From NCBI GenBank assembly GCA_002269645.1, contig NIVC01003139.1:1-64000 (forward strand): DNA of 64,000 nt, read 5' to 3'. Source of the DNA: Macrostomum lignano. Its lineage: Eukaryota. The position numbers and the translations under genes are program-made. This document shows positions 35,868-60,204 of the stretch, piece by piece. Position 1 is the first letter of the stretch; each line of letters begins with the position of its first letter. Below the pieces are notes generated by a model, which was not told where the DNA came from, did no database searches, and saw only the letters and a program-made list of their open reading frames with translations.

Positions 35868-36560
35868 CTTTTACCAACCTAAGAATCGGTCCTTTACCAA
35901 CCTAAGAATCGGTCCTTTGACAACCTAAGAATCGGTCCCTTGGCAACCTAAGCATCGGTCCTTTGGCAACCTAAGAATCGGTCTTTTGGAGAACCTAAAA
36001 ATTGGTCCTTTGGACAACCTAAGAATCGGTCCTTTGGCAAGCTAAGAATCGGTCCTTTGAAAAACCTAAGAATCGGTCATTCGACAACCTAGGAATCGGT
36101 CATTCGACAACCTAAGAATCGGTCCTTTGGCAACCTAAGAATCGGTCCTTTGACAAACTAAGAATCGGTCCTTTGGCAACCTAAGAATCGGTCCTTTGGA
36201 GAACCTAAAAATTGGTCCTTTACCAACCTAAGAATCGGTTCTTTACCAACCTAAGAATCGATTCTTTACCAACCTAAGAATCGATCCTTTACAAACCTAA
36301 GAATCGGTCCTTTACCAACCTAAGAATCGGTCCTTTGACAACCTAAGAATCGGTCCTTTGGCAACCTAAGAATCGGTCCTTTGGCAACCTAAGAATTGGT
36401 CTTTTGGAGAACCTAAAAATTGGTCCTTTGGACAACCTAAGAATCGGTCCTTTTGCAAGCTAAGAATCGGTCCTTTTGCAAGCTAAGAATCGGTCCTTTG
36501 GCAAGCTAAGAATCGGTCCTTTGGCAAAATAAGAATCGGTAATTTCACAACCAAGAATCG
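35868..36560. repeat. 23-bp minisatellite, right portion
   Basis: aacctaagaatcggtccttt.. units resume immediately after the hAT TSD. Confidence 0.93.
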
Positions 36561-37077
<517 letters not shown>

Positions 37078-37357
37078 CTAAATTTGCTATATTGACATCT
37101 ATATAGTGCTTTGCACATGATGGAAAAGCAAAAAAAGTGATCCATAAGAAACACATCAATTTCAACATTATAAAATCTGACGCAAGATCAAAAATTAATA
37201 TTCACAAACACCAAGCCCTAACGACTAGCTAAATTCTATTCAAACCTATCGCCAAATGACTAATTGTGATTTTTTTAAACAATATTTTGCATGCTAACAA
37301 ATGAACACACTAGTAGGTCACTAAAAATCAAACAGATTATTATATTAAATAATTGAC

Positions 37358-37768
37358 ATGCCATCTGCTGTGGAAGCTGAACAGTCCATCTACTGCGATG
37401 AGTCAGGGAAGCAAAATCAGACAGATGTTATCCTGGATGCTAACGAGGATACCAGTTCCAGTAGCGCTGAAGATGCCAATGAGGATGAAGAGTGCAATGG
37501 AGAGTCAGCATCTGGCGATGATGGAAGCGACATTGAAGATGAGTCAGCATCGACCGCATCATCGTCAACTTCAGAAGAGGAAAGTGTTGCCGATTTCCAA
37601 GCAGACCTGCCGACCCCCGCTGTTGTTCCGGCTGCATCACCGGCTACTGCCGCTGCATTCTTTATTGACTTTGGCGATGACCAGGACGCCAAGTCCACGT
37701 CGACAACTGCTGGGTCAAGAAGTTCCGCTTTGCAAAAGTCATTTCAAACTTATCTGCGAAGGAAGAAG
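37358..37768 (+). CDS. Acidic/Ser-rich coding exon, probable first exon of the NlpC/P60-like gene
   Basis: ATG at 37358; GC-rich 137 codons ending YLRRKK|gttagt. Linkage to exon 48350 needs an unidentified exon with start phase 0 and end phase 2. Confidence 0.6.
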
Positions 37769-37784
37769 GTTAGTGTGGTATGAT

Positions 37785-38740
37785 TGTCTAACAGGTGTCA
37801 CTTGTGTCTGTCTTACAGGTGTCACTTGTGTATGCCTAACAGGTGTCACTTGTGTCTGTCTAACAGGTGTCACTTGTGTCAGATAACAGGTGTCACTTGT
37901 GTCTGTCTAACAGGTGTCACTTGTGTCTGTCTAACAGGTGTCACTTGTGTCTGTCTAACAGGTGTCACTTGTGTCTGTCTAACAGGTGTCACTTGTGTCT
38001 GTCTAACAGGTGTCACTTGTGTCTGTCTAACAGGTGTCACTTGTGTCTGTCTAACAGGTGTCACTTGTGTCTGTCTAACAGGTGTCACTTGTGTCTGCCT
38101 AACAGGTGTCACTTGTGTCTGTCTAACAGGTGTCACTTGTGTCTGTCTAACAGGTGTCACTTGTGTCTGTCTAACAGGTGTCACTTGTGTCTGTCTAACA
38201 GGTGTCACTTGTGTCTGTCTAACAGGTGTCACTTGTGTCTGTCTAACAGGTGTCACTTGTGTCTGTCTAACAGGTGTCACTTGTGTCTGTCTAACAGGTG
38301 TCACTTGTGTCTGCCTAACAGGTGTCACTTGTGTCTGTCTAACAGGTGTCACTTGTGTCAGATAACAGGTGTCACTTGTGTCTGTCTAACAGGTGTCACT
38401 TGTGTCTGCCTAACAGGTGTCACTTGTGTCTGTCTAACAGGTGTCACTTGTGTCTGTCTAACAGGTGTCACTTGTGTCTGCCTAACAGGTGTCACTTGTG
38501 TCTGTCTAACAGGTGTCACTTGTGTCTGTCTAACAGGTGTCACTTGTGTCTGTCTAACAGGTGTCACTTGTGTCTGCCTAACAGGTGTCACTTGTGTCTG
38601 TCTAACAGGTGTCACTTGTGTCTGTCTAACAGGTGTCACTTGTGTCTGTCTAACAGGTGTCACTTGTGTCTGTCTAACAGGTGTCACTTGTGTCTGTCTA
38701 ACAGGTGTCACTTGTGTCTGTCTAACAGGTGTCACTTGTA
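37785..38740. repeat. 24-bp minisatellite (AACAGGTGTCACTTGTGTCTGTCT)n, about 40 copies
   Basis: 8-aa periodic pseudo-ORFs; starts about 15 bp after the donor at 37769. Confidence 0.97.
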
Positions 38741-39534
38741 TATCAACTCGTAATCAAGCATCAATGATGTGAAAATTCAAAAGTATTTATTAAACTTATT
38801 ATTTGTTTTTTAACATACACGCTAAACTTACTACTATACAGAGTTGGACAGTAGAGCGATGAGAATTGGCAACTTAAGTTGTCATATTTTGCACTAAATT
38901 GCACTAAAATTACACACACATGATTCACTATTTAAACCCTAACAACAATAGGAACAATAAAAGCAGCTGTGGTTTTAAACCGAATACAATTTTATTGAAA
39001 AGGAAATTTTTATTTAAGTCATCTAAAACGCCAAAAATATGAAATATATTAAAACCTTATAAAGTCTATTAGTGTCGATTGTTTTAATTTATTACACCCC
39101 TAAGAAACGATGAATAAATTATTTACAAAAGAATTCCAGAGAACCGAGTAAAGGAAAGTAAAGAAAAAAGTTTTTTCTGTGTTGGCCGCAGTTACCTGGG
39201 TTACCCTGTTGAGTGTTGGTCAGAGCTCAGACTGTGTGTAAAAAAACAGGTCGAGTTTTGAGAGAAAGATATAGAAAATTAAGAGACAGAGCGCAGAGAG
39301 AACGAGTTTGGCAGCTCAGAGACCGGTGCAATTTGCAGGGTCATATAGGTATTATTATTTTTATTAACAAAGCATTGACCAGACACGCGTTCAACACAGG
39401 CTTTTGTATGGCTTAGTTAAATATAAAATGGGTGGCCCAAGTGGGGTCGGCCCAGGGGGTGCGTCATTTTCTTAACAAGAGACTGCTGTTGCAATAATTT
39501 GAAACGAAGAGACCAAAGCATTTTTGTGGCTAGA

Positions 39535-40432
39535 TTTTAGCACCCACTGGTTAGATGTTAGCGCCACTGGCTAGATTTCAGCGCCCACTGGTTAGAGTTT
39601 AGCGCCCACTGGCTAGAGTTTAGCGCCCACTGGCTAGAGTTTAGCGCCCACTGGTTAGATTTTAGCGCCCACTGGCTAGAGTTTAGCGCCCACTGGGTAG
39701 ATTTCAGCGCCCAATGGCTAGATTTTAGCGCCCACTGGCTAGATTTTAGCGCCCACTGGCTAGAGTTTAGCGCCCACTGGGTAGAGTTTAGCGCCCCCTG
39801 GCTAGAGTTTAGCGCCCACTGGGTAGAGTTTAGCGCCCACTGGGTAGAGTTTAGCGCCCCCTGGCTAGAGTTTAGCGCCCACTGGGTAGATTTCAGCGCC
39901 CAATGGCTAGATTTTAGCGCCCACTGGCTTTTTATTTATTAGAGGCAGGGGGGTTGTGTGCACCCTGGCGCACTTTAAGCGACATAGGCACACAACCGGC
40001 GAGAGGCATTACTGCCCATTCCGCCGGCTCCCCTGAGCAGGCACACAAGCGCGCGGATACGTACGCAGGCACACACTCACACAGGAGTGTACAGCGGCCC
40101 TAACTTTATTTTATCGTTAGGCATGTACACTTCACTGCGCCTTGGGGGGTTGGCTCTCAAGGCCGTTAATTGCACGAGCAGAGCCAAGCCGAGATTCCAA
40201 TTCAGCCCCAAATTAATGTGACTGCACTTGGAATCGAGCCTGGGTCGCTGGCACACCAGAGCAGCTGCGCTACCGCTGGGCTACGGCCCCCTGCGCCCAC
40301 TGGCTAGATTTTAGCGCCCACTGGCTAGAGTTTAGCGCCCACTGGGTAGATTTCAGCGCCCAATGGCTAGATTTCAGCGCCCAATGGCTAGGTTTTAGCG
40401 CCCAATGGCTAGATTTTAGCGCCCACTGGCTA
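39535..40432. repeat. 21-bp minisatellite (TTTAGCGCCCACTGGCTAGAG)n interrupted by a SINE
   Basis: Units are present on both sides of 39929-40291. Confidence 0.93.
39929..40291 (-). mobile_element. Full-length tRNA-derived SINE (about 360 bp)
   Basis: Minus-strand head GGGGCCGTAGCCCAGCGGTAGCGC (A box) and GGCTCGATTCC (B-box-like); tail aataaataaaaa; flanked by gcgcccactggct; second copy at 19529-19852. Confidence 0.88.
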
Positions 40433-41539
40433 GATTCGAACTCCAGTTGGAATAGATTTAATAAGCAACGAATAGACTGGATGTAATTATAGCTTTTTAA
40501 TTTTTATTATATGCGATTTCATGTGTCTCAAACACCTCCCACAGGTAAATAACCAACAAGAAATTCGTAAACCTACTAATCTCGATTCTGTCTGTACGAG
40601 CTTAGACTAATCTACTATAATAATATTTAATGCAATGCAATGCAATTCCAATCTCAGACAGAGAAACCCTCACAAGACAAAGATAGGAAGAGACGCGTAC
40701 GTACAGTGCAAGCAAGCCATGGCCTGTGGAATTGGGGGCATTGTACCCTCGAGACAGTGGGCCAATGAAGGCACCCCGTTGTGAGCTGTGGCGTGAGCTA
40801 TGAGACACGGGGCAGCAACCTCAACTCCTCACTAGCCTATTACTGTCGACTGTCACTCACGCCTAGGCCGCGGTCTCAACAACTCAACACAACTCAGCTA
40901 CGCTTTTAACGGGGAGTATTGTTGGGTTTGAGTTGGGGTTGCTAAAATTAGCTTCAAGACCAGATTCTATTGGCTGGGCGTCAGTTCTCTGGCTCATTCA
41001 CTCAACCCCTCCCTTCCTTCCTCTCCTTCCTCAGACGCTTTTAAACATGTGCGCTAGCGAGGACTCACTCTTCTCTTGTCTGCCTGCCCTGCCCTCTGTT
41101 GTCTGAGTTGTTCTGTCTTTCTCAAACTAAATCGTAGCTCATTGTTTCTACGTTGCCTCCCTTATCTCTGAGTTTGATTTCTAAATTCTTGTGTCTTTGA
41201 TTTATCTTGTTAAACTTACAGAAATGCTCGCACCTCCTTTCTTTTCCCCTCATTCTCTGCGCACTGATTCAGTAAGTAAACCAGTAGTATAACAGCATGT
41301 TGGAAGAGTGTTAATCCTCTCTTTGATGCGACATCTTATCTGGCAATATTGGAAATCTGCAGTGAACTGTTTGTTGCAGTTTCTCTAATTCTAATACTGT
41401 CAGGTAATGATGTCTGGCGGAGGACTGCTCGACAAAGTGAACTAACACCCGAATTCATCCCTTGCACACCCGAATTCATCCCTTGCATCATTTTCAGCCT
41501 ATGGATAGATGGATTCATTTATTGGTCGATTGTAAGACA

Positions 41540-41646
41540 GACAGATAGATAGATAGATTGATGGATAGATAGGTAGATAGATAGATAGGTAGATAAATAG
41601 AAAGATAGATAGATAGATAGATAGATGGATAGATGGATAGATGGAG

Positions 41647-41733
<87 letters not shown>

Positions 41734-41734
41734 T

Positions 41735-41803
<69 letters not shown>

Positions 41804-41804
41804 G

Positions 41805-41881
<77 letters not shown>

Positions 41882-41911
41882 TTAGATAGATAGATAGATA
41901 GATAGATGGAG

Positions 41912-41951
<40 letters not shown>

Positions 41952-41955
41952 GGAG

Positions 41956-42001
<46 letters not shown>

Positions 42002-42031
42002 TTAGATAGATAGATAGATAGATAGATGGAG

Positions 42032-42071
<40 letters not shown>

Positions 42072-42125
42072 GGAGAGATAGATAAGATAGATAAATAGGT
42101 AAGCAGGTAGTGTAGATAGATAAAC
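41540..42125. repeat. (GATA)n microsatellite
   Basis: Directly visible. Confidence 0.96.
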
Positions 42126-43009
42126 ACAAACATAGATTGTAGGTGGATAGACAGATAGTTCGACAAATACTCGTACATAGTCGTACGAATAAGCGGATTA
42201 CCCTATGCTCATCCGTCTAGACAAAATAGAAATTGCCAACAAAAAATAAATATTGAATCTAGAATAATTACTGAGACATCTGGTTGTGTGTGAAACTGGA
42301 CTTCTGTAGTGGCGTGAAAGGGGGCTCTCCGAGTTTTACTGGGCCTGCAGATTTCAGCCTGTGAGAAGAGAAGTGACTGGCGTGAAACATAATCTGAGAT
42401 TTTTTTAATTCTCCAGTAATTCTCCTTCAACCCTAAGCAAGGGAGGAGAAGTGTAGGGGGAATTTTTTCTACTCCATGCGAGAAAGAATGCAACGCCTGC
42501 TCCCCTGTTGAAGACTGCAGAGCAAGGAGCTGAGGTAGGTGAGAGTTCTGCCTCAAGCCATTGAAAGAAAGTTAAGAATTCAATAGGCTTGGGCAGAACC
42601 GAGGAGGGAGGTTGCAGTGGCCGGGGGGGGGTAAAATAGGGGAGAGAAGTGAGTTAAGCTGAGAAATCAATTGTTTTCTCTGTGTGGCTATACTGCGCTC
42701 TCTTGGCATTTTAAGGAGTGGGAGCTATTCAATACTGAGGGGAAAAATGGTGGAAGAGAGAGAAGTTGGGGTAGAAGTAGAATTGAGAAAGAGTTTCTTA
42801 CCAAACCCAAACCGTGGACTACTAGATTCATCATCTGGATTGGAAAATTGTTCGGCCATTGTTTTCAGAACCGATAATTCCTAGAAGGGTCTCCTTTTCC
42901 TCCACTCCAGATACTTGGATACCCGATCACCTTGTACAGAAATTCTCTTACGAGGTTTGCTTCCTTAGTGGCTGTGTTTGAAAATGATTGTTTGCCCAGT
43001 CAATTCACT

Positions 43010-43210
43010 AGTGAGTGAGCGTGTGAGAATGAGTGAATCAGTGAGTGAGCGTGTGAGAATGAGTGAATCAGTGAGTGAGCGTGTGAGAATGACTGAATCA
43101 GTGAGTGAGCGAGTGAGAATGAGTGAATCAGTGAGTGAGCGAGTGAGAATGAGTGAATCAGTGAGTGAGCGTGTGAGAATGAGTGAATCAGCGAGTGAAT
43201 CAGTGAGTGA
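43010..43210. repeat. 30-bp tandem repeat (GTGAGTGAGCGTGTGAGAATGAGTGAATCA)
   Basis: About 6.5 copies. Confidence 0.92.
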
Positions 43211-43834
43211 CTTCAACCCGCATCGCAGGGTCCTCTTATCAGGTTTTGATTTGATCGCAAGTACTTTTATTGAAACAATAAGTAAGTTCGATTTAAAACT
43301 ATCCGAAATGAGTCGCTGTGTTTCGGAGTCAAACTATGTGTCAAACAGGTTGGCTTTACATGTCTTTATTCCCTTTATTCCTTGGTTGATTTTCAGTGAT
43401 TAGAGATTAGGAGAGGTTTCTAAGTTAAAGGTAACGCTATCACACTGTAAAATAGGCTTTTGCATATTTTATTGATTTTAATCGATTTTTCCCAACAATC
43501 TTTGTACACTAAATACATCTGTAGGTATAAAGCACTGAAGCGTATAGACTTTCTATTTTGATTTCTTTTGCGGGTGCTTTGGTTCTTTGTGATGGCTTTT
43601 GAATTAATGGCTGCCTGGAAGGCAGCTTATTTTAAAGGCGCTAAGGTAACTTGGCAACTTAGCTGAATTCTTGCTCTGATTTTGCCATTGTCAACTACTG
43701 TCATACAGTATTTTCTACTGGCGATTTTCTGACAAAATTTAATGTTCTTCAATTTCGTCAACTTATAAAATACAAATCTTTACCACACAGAATCGCTTTT
43801 ATGTACTAATCCATGAAACTGTCCTTTAAAAACC

Positions 43835-46800
43835 AAAGAATCGGTCATTTACAAACCTAAAAATTGGTCATTTGACAGCCTAAGAATCGGTAATTTGACA
43901 ACCTATGAATCGGTCATTTGTCAACCTAAAGAACCGGTCATTTGACAACCTAAGAATCGGTCATTTGACAACCTATGAATCGGTCATTTGACAACCTAAG
44001 AATCGGTCATTTGACAACCTATGAATCGGTCATTTGACAACCTGAGAATCGGTCATTTCATAAACTAATAATCGGTCATTTGACAACCTAAGAATCGGTC
44101 CTTTGATAACCTAAGAATCGGTCCTTTGATAACCTAAGAATCGGTAATTGGACAACCTAAGAATCGGTAATTTGACAACCTAAGAATCGTAATTTGACAA
44201 CCTAAGAATCGGTCCTTTACCAACCTAAGAATCGGTCCTTTACCAACCTAAGAATCGGTCCTTTACCAACCTAAGAATCAGTCCTTTACCAACCTAAGAA
44301 TTGATCCTTTACCAACCTAAGAATCGGTCCTTTACCAACCTAAGAATCAGTCCTTTACCAACCTAAGAATCAGTCCTTTACCAACCTAAGAATCGGTCCT
44401 TTACCAACCTAAGAATCAGTCCTTTACCAACCTAAGAATCGGTCCTTTACCAAACTAAGAATCAGTCCTTTACCAACCTAAGAATCAGTCCTTTACCAAC
44501 CTAAGAATCGGTCCTTTGCCAATCTAAGAATCGGTCCTTTACCAACCTAAGAATCAGTCCTTTACCAACCTAAGAATCGGTCTTTTACCAACCTAAGAAT
44601 CAGTCCTTTACCAACCTAAGAATCGGTCCTTTACCAACCTAAGAATCAGTCCTTTACCAAACTAAGAATCGGTCCTTTACCAACTTAAGAATCGGTCCTT
44701 TACCAACCTAAGAATTGATCCTTTACCAACCTAAGAATCAGTCCTTTACCAACCTAAGAATCAGTCCTTTGCCAACCTAAGAATCGGTCCTTTACCAACC
44801 TAAGAATCGGTCCTTTACCAACCTAAGAGTTGATCCTTTACCAACCTAAGAATCGGTCCTTTACCAACCTAAGAATCGGTCCTTTGATAACCTAAGAATC
44901 GGTCCTTTGATAACCTAAGAATCGGTAATTGGACAACCTAAGAATCGGTAATTTGACAACCTAAGAATCGGTAATTTGACAACCTAAGAATCGGTCCTTT
45001 ACCAACCTAAGAATCTGTCCTTTACCAACCTAAGAATCGGTCCTTTACCAACCTAAGAATCAGTCCTTTACCAACCTAAGAATTGATCCTTTACCAACCT
45101 AAGAATCGGTCCTTTACCAACCTAAGAATCAGTCCTTTACCAACCTAAGAATCGGTCCTTTACCAACCTAAGAATCAGTCCTTTACCAACCTAAGAATCG
45201 GTCCTTTACCAACCTAAGAATCAGTCCTTTACCAACCTAAGAATCAGTCCTTTACCAACCTAAGAATCGGTCCTTTACCAACCTAAGAATCAGTCCTTTA
45301 CCAACCTAAGAATCGGTCCTTTGATAACCTAAGAATCGGTCCTTTGATAACCTAAGAATCGGTAATTGGACAACCTAAGAATCGGTAATTTGACAACCTA
45401 AGAATCGGTAATTTGACAACCTAAGAATCGGTCCTTTACCAACCTAAGAATCGGTCCTTTACCAACCTAAGAATCGGTCCTTTACCAACCTAAGAATCAG
45501 TCCCTTACCAACCTAAGAATTGATCCTTTACCAACCTAAGAATCGGTCCTTTACCAACCTAAGAATCAGTCCTTTACCAACCTAAGAATCGGTCCTTTAC
45601 CAACCTAAGAATCAGTCCTTTACCAACCTAAGAATCAGTCCTTTACCAACCTAAGAATCGGTCCTTTGATAACCTAAGAATCGGTCCTTTGATAACCTAA
45701 GAATCGGTAATTGGACAACCTAAGAATCGGTAATTTGACAACCTAAGAATCGGTAATTTGACAACCTAAGAATCGGTCCTTTACCAACCTAAGAATCGGT
45801 CCTTTACCAACCTAAGAATCGGTCCTTTACCAACCTAAGAATCAGTCCCTTACCAACCTAAGAATTGATCCTTTACCAACCTAAGAATCGGTCCTTTACC
45901 AACCTAAGAATCAGTCCTTTACCAACCTAAGAATCGGTCCTTTACCAACCTAAGAATCAGTCCTTTACCAACCTAAGAATCGGTCCTTTACCAACCTAAG
46001 AATCAGTCCTTTACCAACCTAAGAATCAGTCCTTTACCAACCTAAGAATCGGTCCTTTACCAACCTAAGAATCAGTCCTTTACCAACCTAAGAATCGGTC
46101 CTTTACCAACCTAAGAATCAGTCCTTTACCAACCTAAGAATCAGTCCTTTACCAACCTAAGAATCGGTCCTTTACCAACCTATGAATCGGTCATTTGACA
46201 ACCTGAGAATCGGTCATTTCATAAACTAATAATCGGTCATTTGACAACCTAAGAATCGGTAATTTGACAACCTAAGAATCAGTCCTTTACCAACCTAAGA
46301 ATCAGTCCTTTACCAACCTAAGAATCAGTGCTTTACCAACCTAAGAATCAGTCCTTTACCAACCTAAGAATCGGTCCTTTACCAACCTAAGAATCAGTCC
46401 TTTACCAAACTAAGAATCGGTCCTTTACCAACTTAAGAATCGGTCCTTTACCAACCTAAGAATTGATCCTTTACCAACCTAAGAATCAGTCCTTTACCAA
46501 CCTAAGAATCAGTCCTTTACCAACCTAAGAATCGGTCCTTTACCAACCTAAGAATCGGTCCTTTACCAACCTAAGAATTGATCCTTTACCAACCTAAGAA
46601 TCAGTCCTTTACCAACCTAAGAATTGATCCTTTGCCAACCTAAGAATCGGTCCTTTACCAACCTAAGAATCAGTCCTTTACCAACCTAAGAATCAGTCCT
46701 TTACCAACCTAAGAATCGGTCCTTTGCCAACCTAAGAATCGGTCCTTTACCAACCTAAGAATCAGTCCTTTACCAACCTAAGAATCGGTCTTTTACCAAC

Positions 46801-47260
46801 CTAAGAATCAGTCCTTTACCAACCTAAGAATCGGTCCTTTACCAACCTAAGAATCAGTCCTTTACCAAACTAAGAATCGGTCCTTTACCAACTTAAGAAT
46901 CGGTCCTTTACCAACCTAAGAATTGATCCTTTACCAACCTAAGAATCAGTCCTTTACCAACCTAAGAATCAGTCCTTTACCAACCTAAGAATCGGTCCTT
47001 TACCAACCTAAGAATCGGTCCTTTACCAACCTAAGAATTGATCCTTTACCAACCTAAGAATCAGTCCTTTACCAACCTAAGAATTGATCCTTTGCCAACC
47101 TAAGAATCGGTCCTTTACCAACCTAAGAATCAGTCCTTTACCAACCTAAGAATCTGTCCTTTACCAACCTAAGAATCAGTCCTTTACCAACCTAAGAATC
47201 AGTCCTTTACCAACCTAAGAATCGGTCCTTTACCAACCTAAGAATCGGTCCTTTACCAAT
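43835..47260. repeat. 3.4-kb 23-bp minisatellite (CAACCTAAGAATCGGTCCTTTAC)n with higher-order structure
   Basis: About 148 units by length; recurring variant blocks. Confidence 0.97.
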
Positions 47261-47899
47261 GTTTTAAATACCCTTTCAAGGCTGATGATCACTCATATTT
47301 TTGCCAACTTGCTTTCACACAGCAATAGCAACTAAACTAAACTGAATAGTTGTATCCGTATGCATGGTGGCCATAGGGATTGCTACACATTTACGAGTAT
47401 CTATGCAAAGACCACGACTTTATTGACCTAGCTAGCATTCATACATTTATAGCTTGTCCCCTACACATTGAGCGCAAGGTTCAAGTGCCATCATAAATAT
47501 AAACTTGTAGATGAGCTGAGCTGGAATAGGATCTGAAAACGATTGCTTTATGCTCCGTATACCCGGGTCCACAGAGAATGGCATTGTGGATAATGAATTA
47601 ATTGTTATATATCTGGGTATATTCAGCTGTGAATCCCAAATCAAGATAATATCATGATTCCAGGGTTTTTTCGCTCAGTTCAACCCAATGCGGGCTCGTT
47701 TGCATAATAGGAGCTAGTTCCTAAGGATCCTAATTCTGAAATATGCTCGACTTGACAACCGGAGTGGTAAATCATGGCAAGCCAATAGAATTCGAACCAT
47801 GAATTAGAAAGATTTTAGCTAAGATATTTTTAATCAAAGTGAGTTTAAAAATATTGTTAGCACATCGGCAGAGTGAAAAATGAAAACTGGTACATTTAA

Positions 47900-48325
47900 G
47901 CTGTCGATAATGAGTGATAAATATTTGTTAGAGTGAGAAGTAGACACTGATAAGTGGATACAAATTGGTAATATGAGAACTACACAATGAGTGATAAATA
48001 AATATAGATTGGTAGCGTGAGAAGTAGACAATGAGTGATGAATAAATATAGATTGGTAGCGTGAGAAGTAGACAATGAGTGATGAATAAATATAGATTGG
48101 TAGCGTGAGAAGTAGACAATGAGTGATGAATAAATATAGATTGGTAGCGTGAGAACTACACAATGAATGATAAATAAATATAGATTGGTAGCGTGAGAAG
48201 TAGACAATGAGTGATGAATAAATATAGATTAGTAGGTGAGAAGTAGACACTGATAGGTAAATAAAGATTGATAGCATGAGAAGTAGACAATGATTGGCAA
48301 ATAAAGATAGGTTTAAGTGAGAAGT
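47900..48325. repeat. 44-bp tandem repeat (GTGAGAAGTAGACAATGAGTGATGAATAAATATAGATTGGTAGC)
   Basis: The gtgaga anchor recurs at 48017 and 48061 (44 bp apart). Confidence 0.92.
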
Positions 48326-48349
48326 GGATCAGTGGATTTCAAAATCCAG

Positions 48350-59251
<10,902 letters not shown>

Positions 59252-59329
59252 TAGTATGAAGTGAATGCGATAATTGAAATTTGCTGAACTACCAAAAAAT
59301 CTGTACTATATTTCTAGTGCTGCTCTCCT

Positions 59330-59656
59330 AGTGGCTTGCTTAGCTTTTATTCTGGTTGTGGTAGTGTGCTCGATCACTTGCAGGTGGTCGAGGGGTTCTA
59401 AAAGGTCGGGGGTTCGATTCTCGACCGATTAGGAACAATCTGTGTCCTTGAGCAAGACACTTCGCTCACCCAGCTTTAAAATGGGTGCCAGCATTAGCTG
59501 GGGTAATTGAGGGGGTGTGTGGCGACCCCCCAGTCCTTGGACTGGACAGTCGTACGCAGCCTTCAGATGCGCCGCGCAATAGCTGCGGCTGAGCTGTCGG
59601 TTGCACATCTGGCCGCCCGATTGGGGCAGGTGTAATCAATCATAACTATTATTATT
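59330..59656 (+). mobile_element. tRNA-derived CORE-type SINE
   Basis: B box GGTTCGATTC at 59411-59420, followed by TGTGTCCTTGAGCAAGACACTT...TAAAATGGG (matches the MIR/CORE consensus tgtgaccttgggcaagtcactt...taaaatggg); AT-rich tail. Confidence 0.72.
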
Positions 59657-60204
59657 GATTACTTAAAATATACAAATGAATAACTGAACAGCCTAATCGC
59701 TCACAGCCTCCTGCAATTAATTATGACTAATTATGAATTTCTATACAAAACTAGACTAATAATACGCAATTAGAAATCTCCCTAGAAAAACAAATCTTTC
59801 ACTTAGTTTTTACACTCTAATACACAGTTTAGAACTTTATTTATTCGGAAACATACTTTTTATAACATTTATCTTCTTCCTTCTAAGCTGCAGCTAGTTT
59901 TGCACTTTCCAGTTAAAACTATTTTTATTCCGGTTATTTGTGATTGTAAAGATTAAAAATAAACATGTTTTAATTAACTGACAAAGTTTTTTTTTTAGAG
60001 TCAACTATTACGTTATTCGAAATTCACTGTTTCATTATTTATTGGACTTGTTTAAACTAGCTTGATGTGAAATTTTACTTATCCTTGATCTAAACTGACC
60101 TCTACGCATTGACCTATTTTTTGCATTGTCTATACTGACCAAAATTTAAGTCTACATTGACCAAAGTTCAAATAGATTAACCCGAATGAACCAGCTATGA
60201 TCAA

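Noticed and set aside
39231-39325. Candidate linking exon (cag|TVCKKTGRVLRERYRKLRDRAQRERVWQLRDR|gtgcaa) with the phases needed to join 37768 to 48350
   Set aside because: Weak donor and atypically A-rich composition; cannot be supported without RNA data.
40262-40291. tRNA gene
   Set aside because: The tRNA-like head is fused to a repeated SINE body and has no complete cloverleaf.
42969-43290. Two short exon-like segments flanking the 30-bp repeat
   Set aside because: Phases are incompatible with the host gene model and there is no recognisable product.
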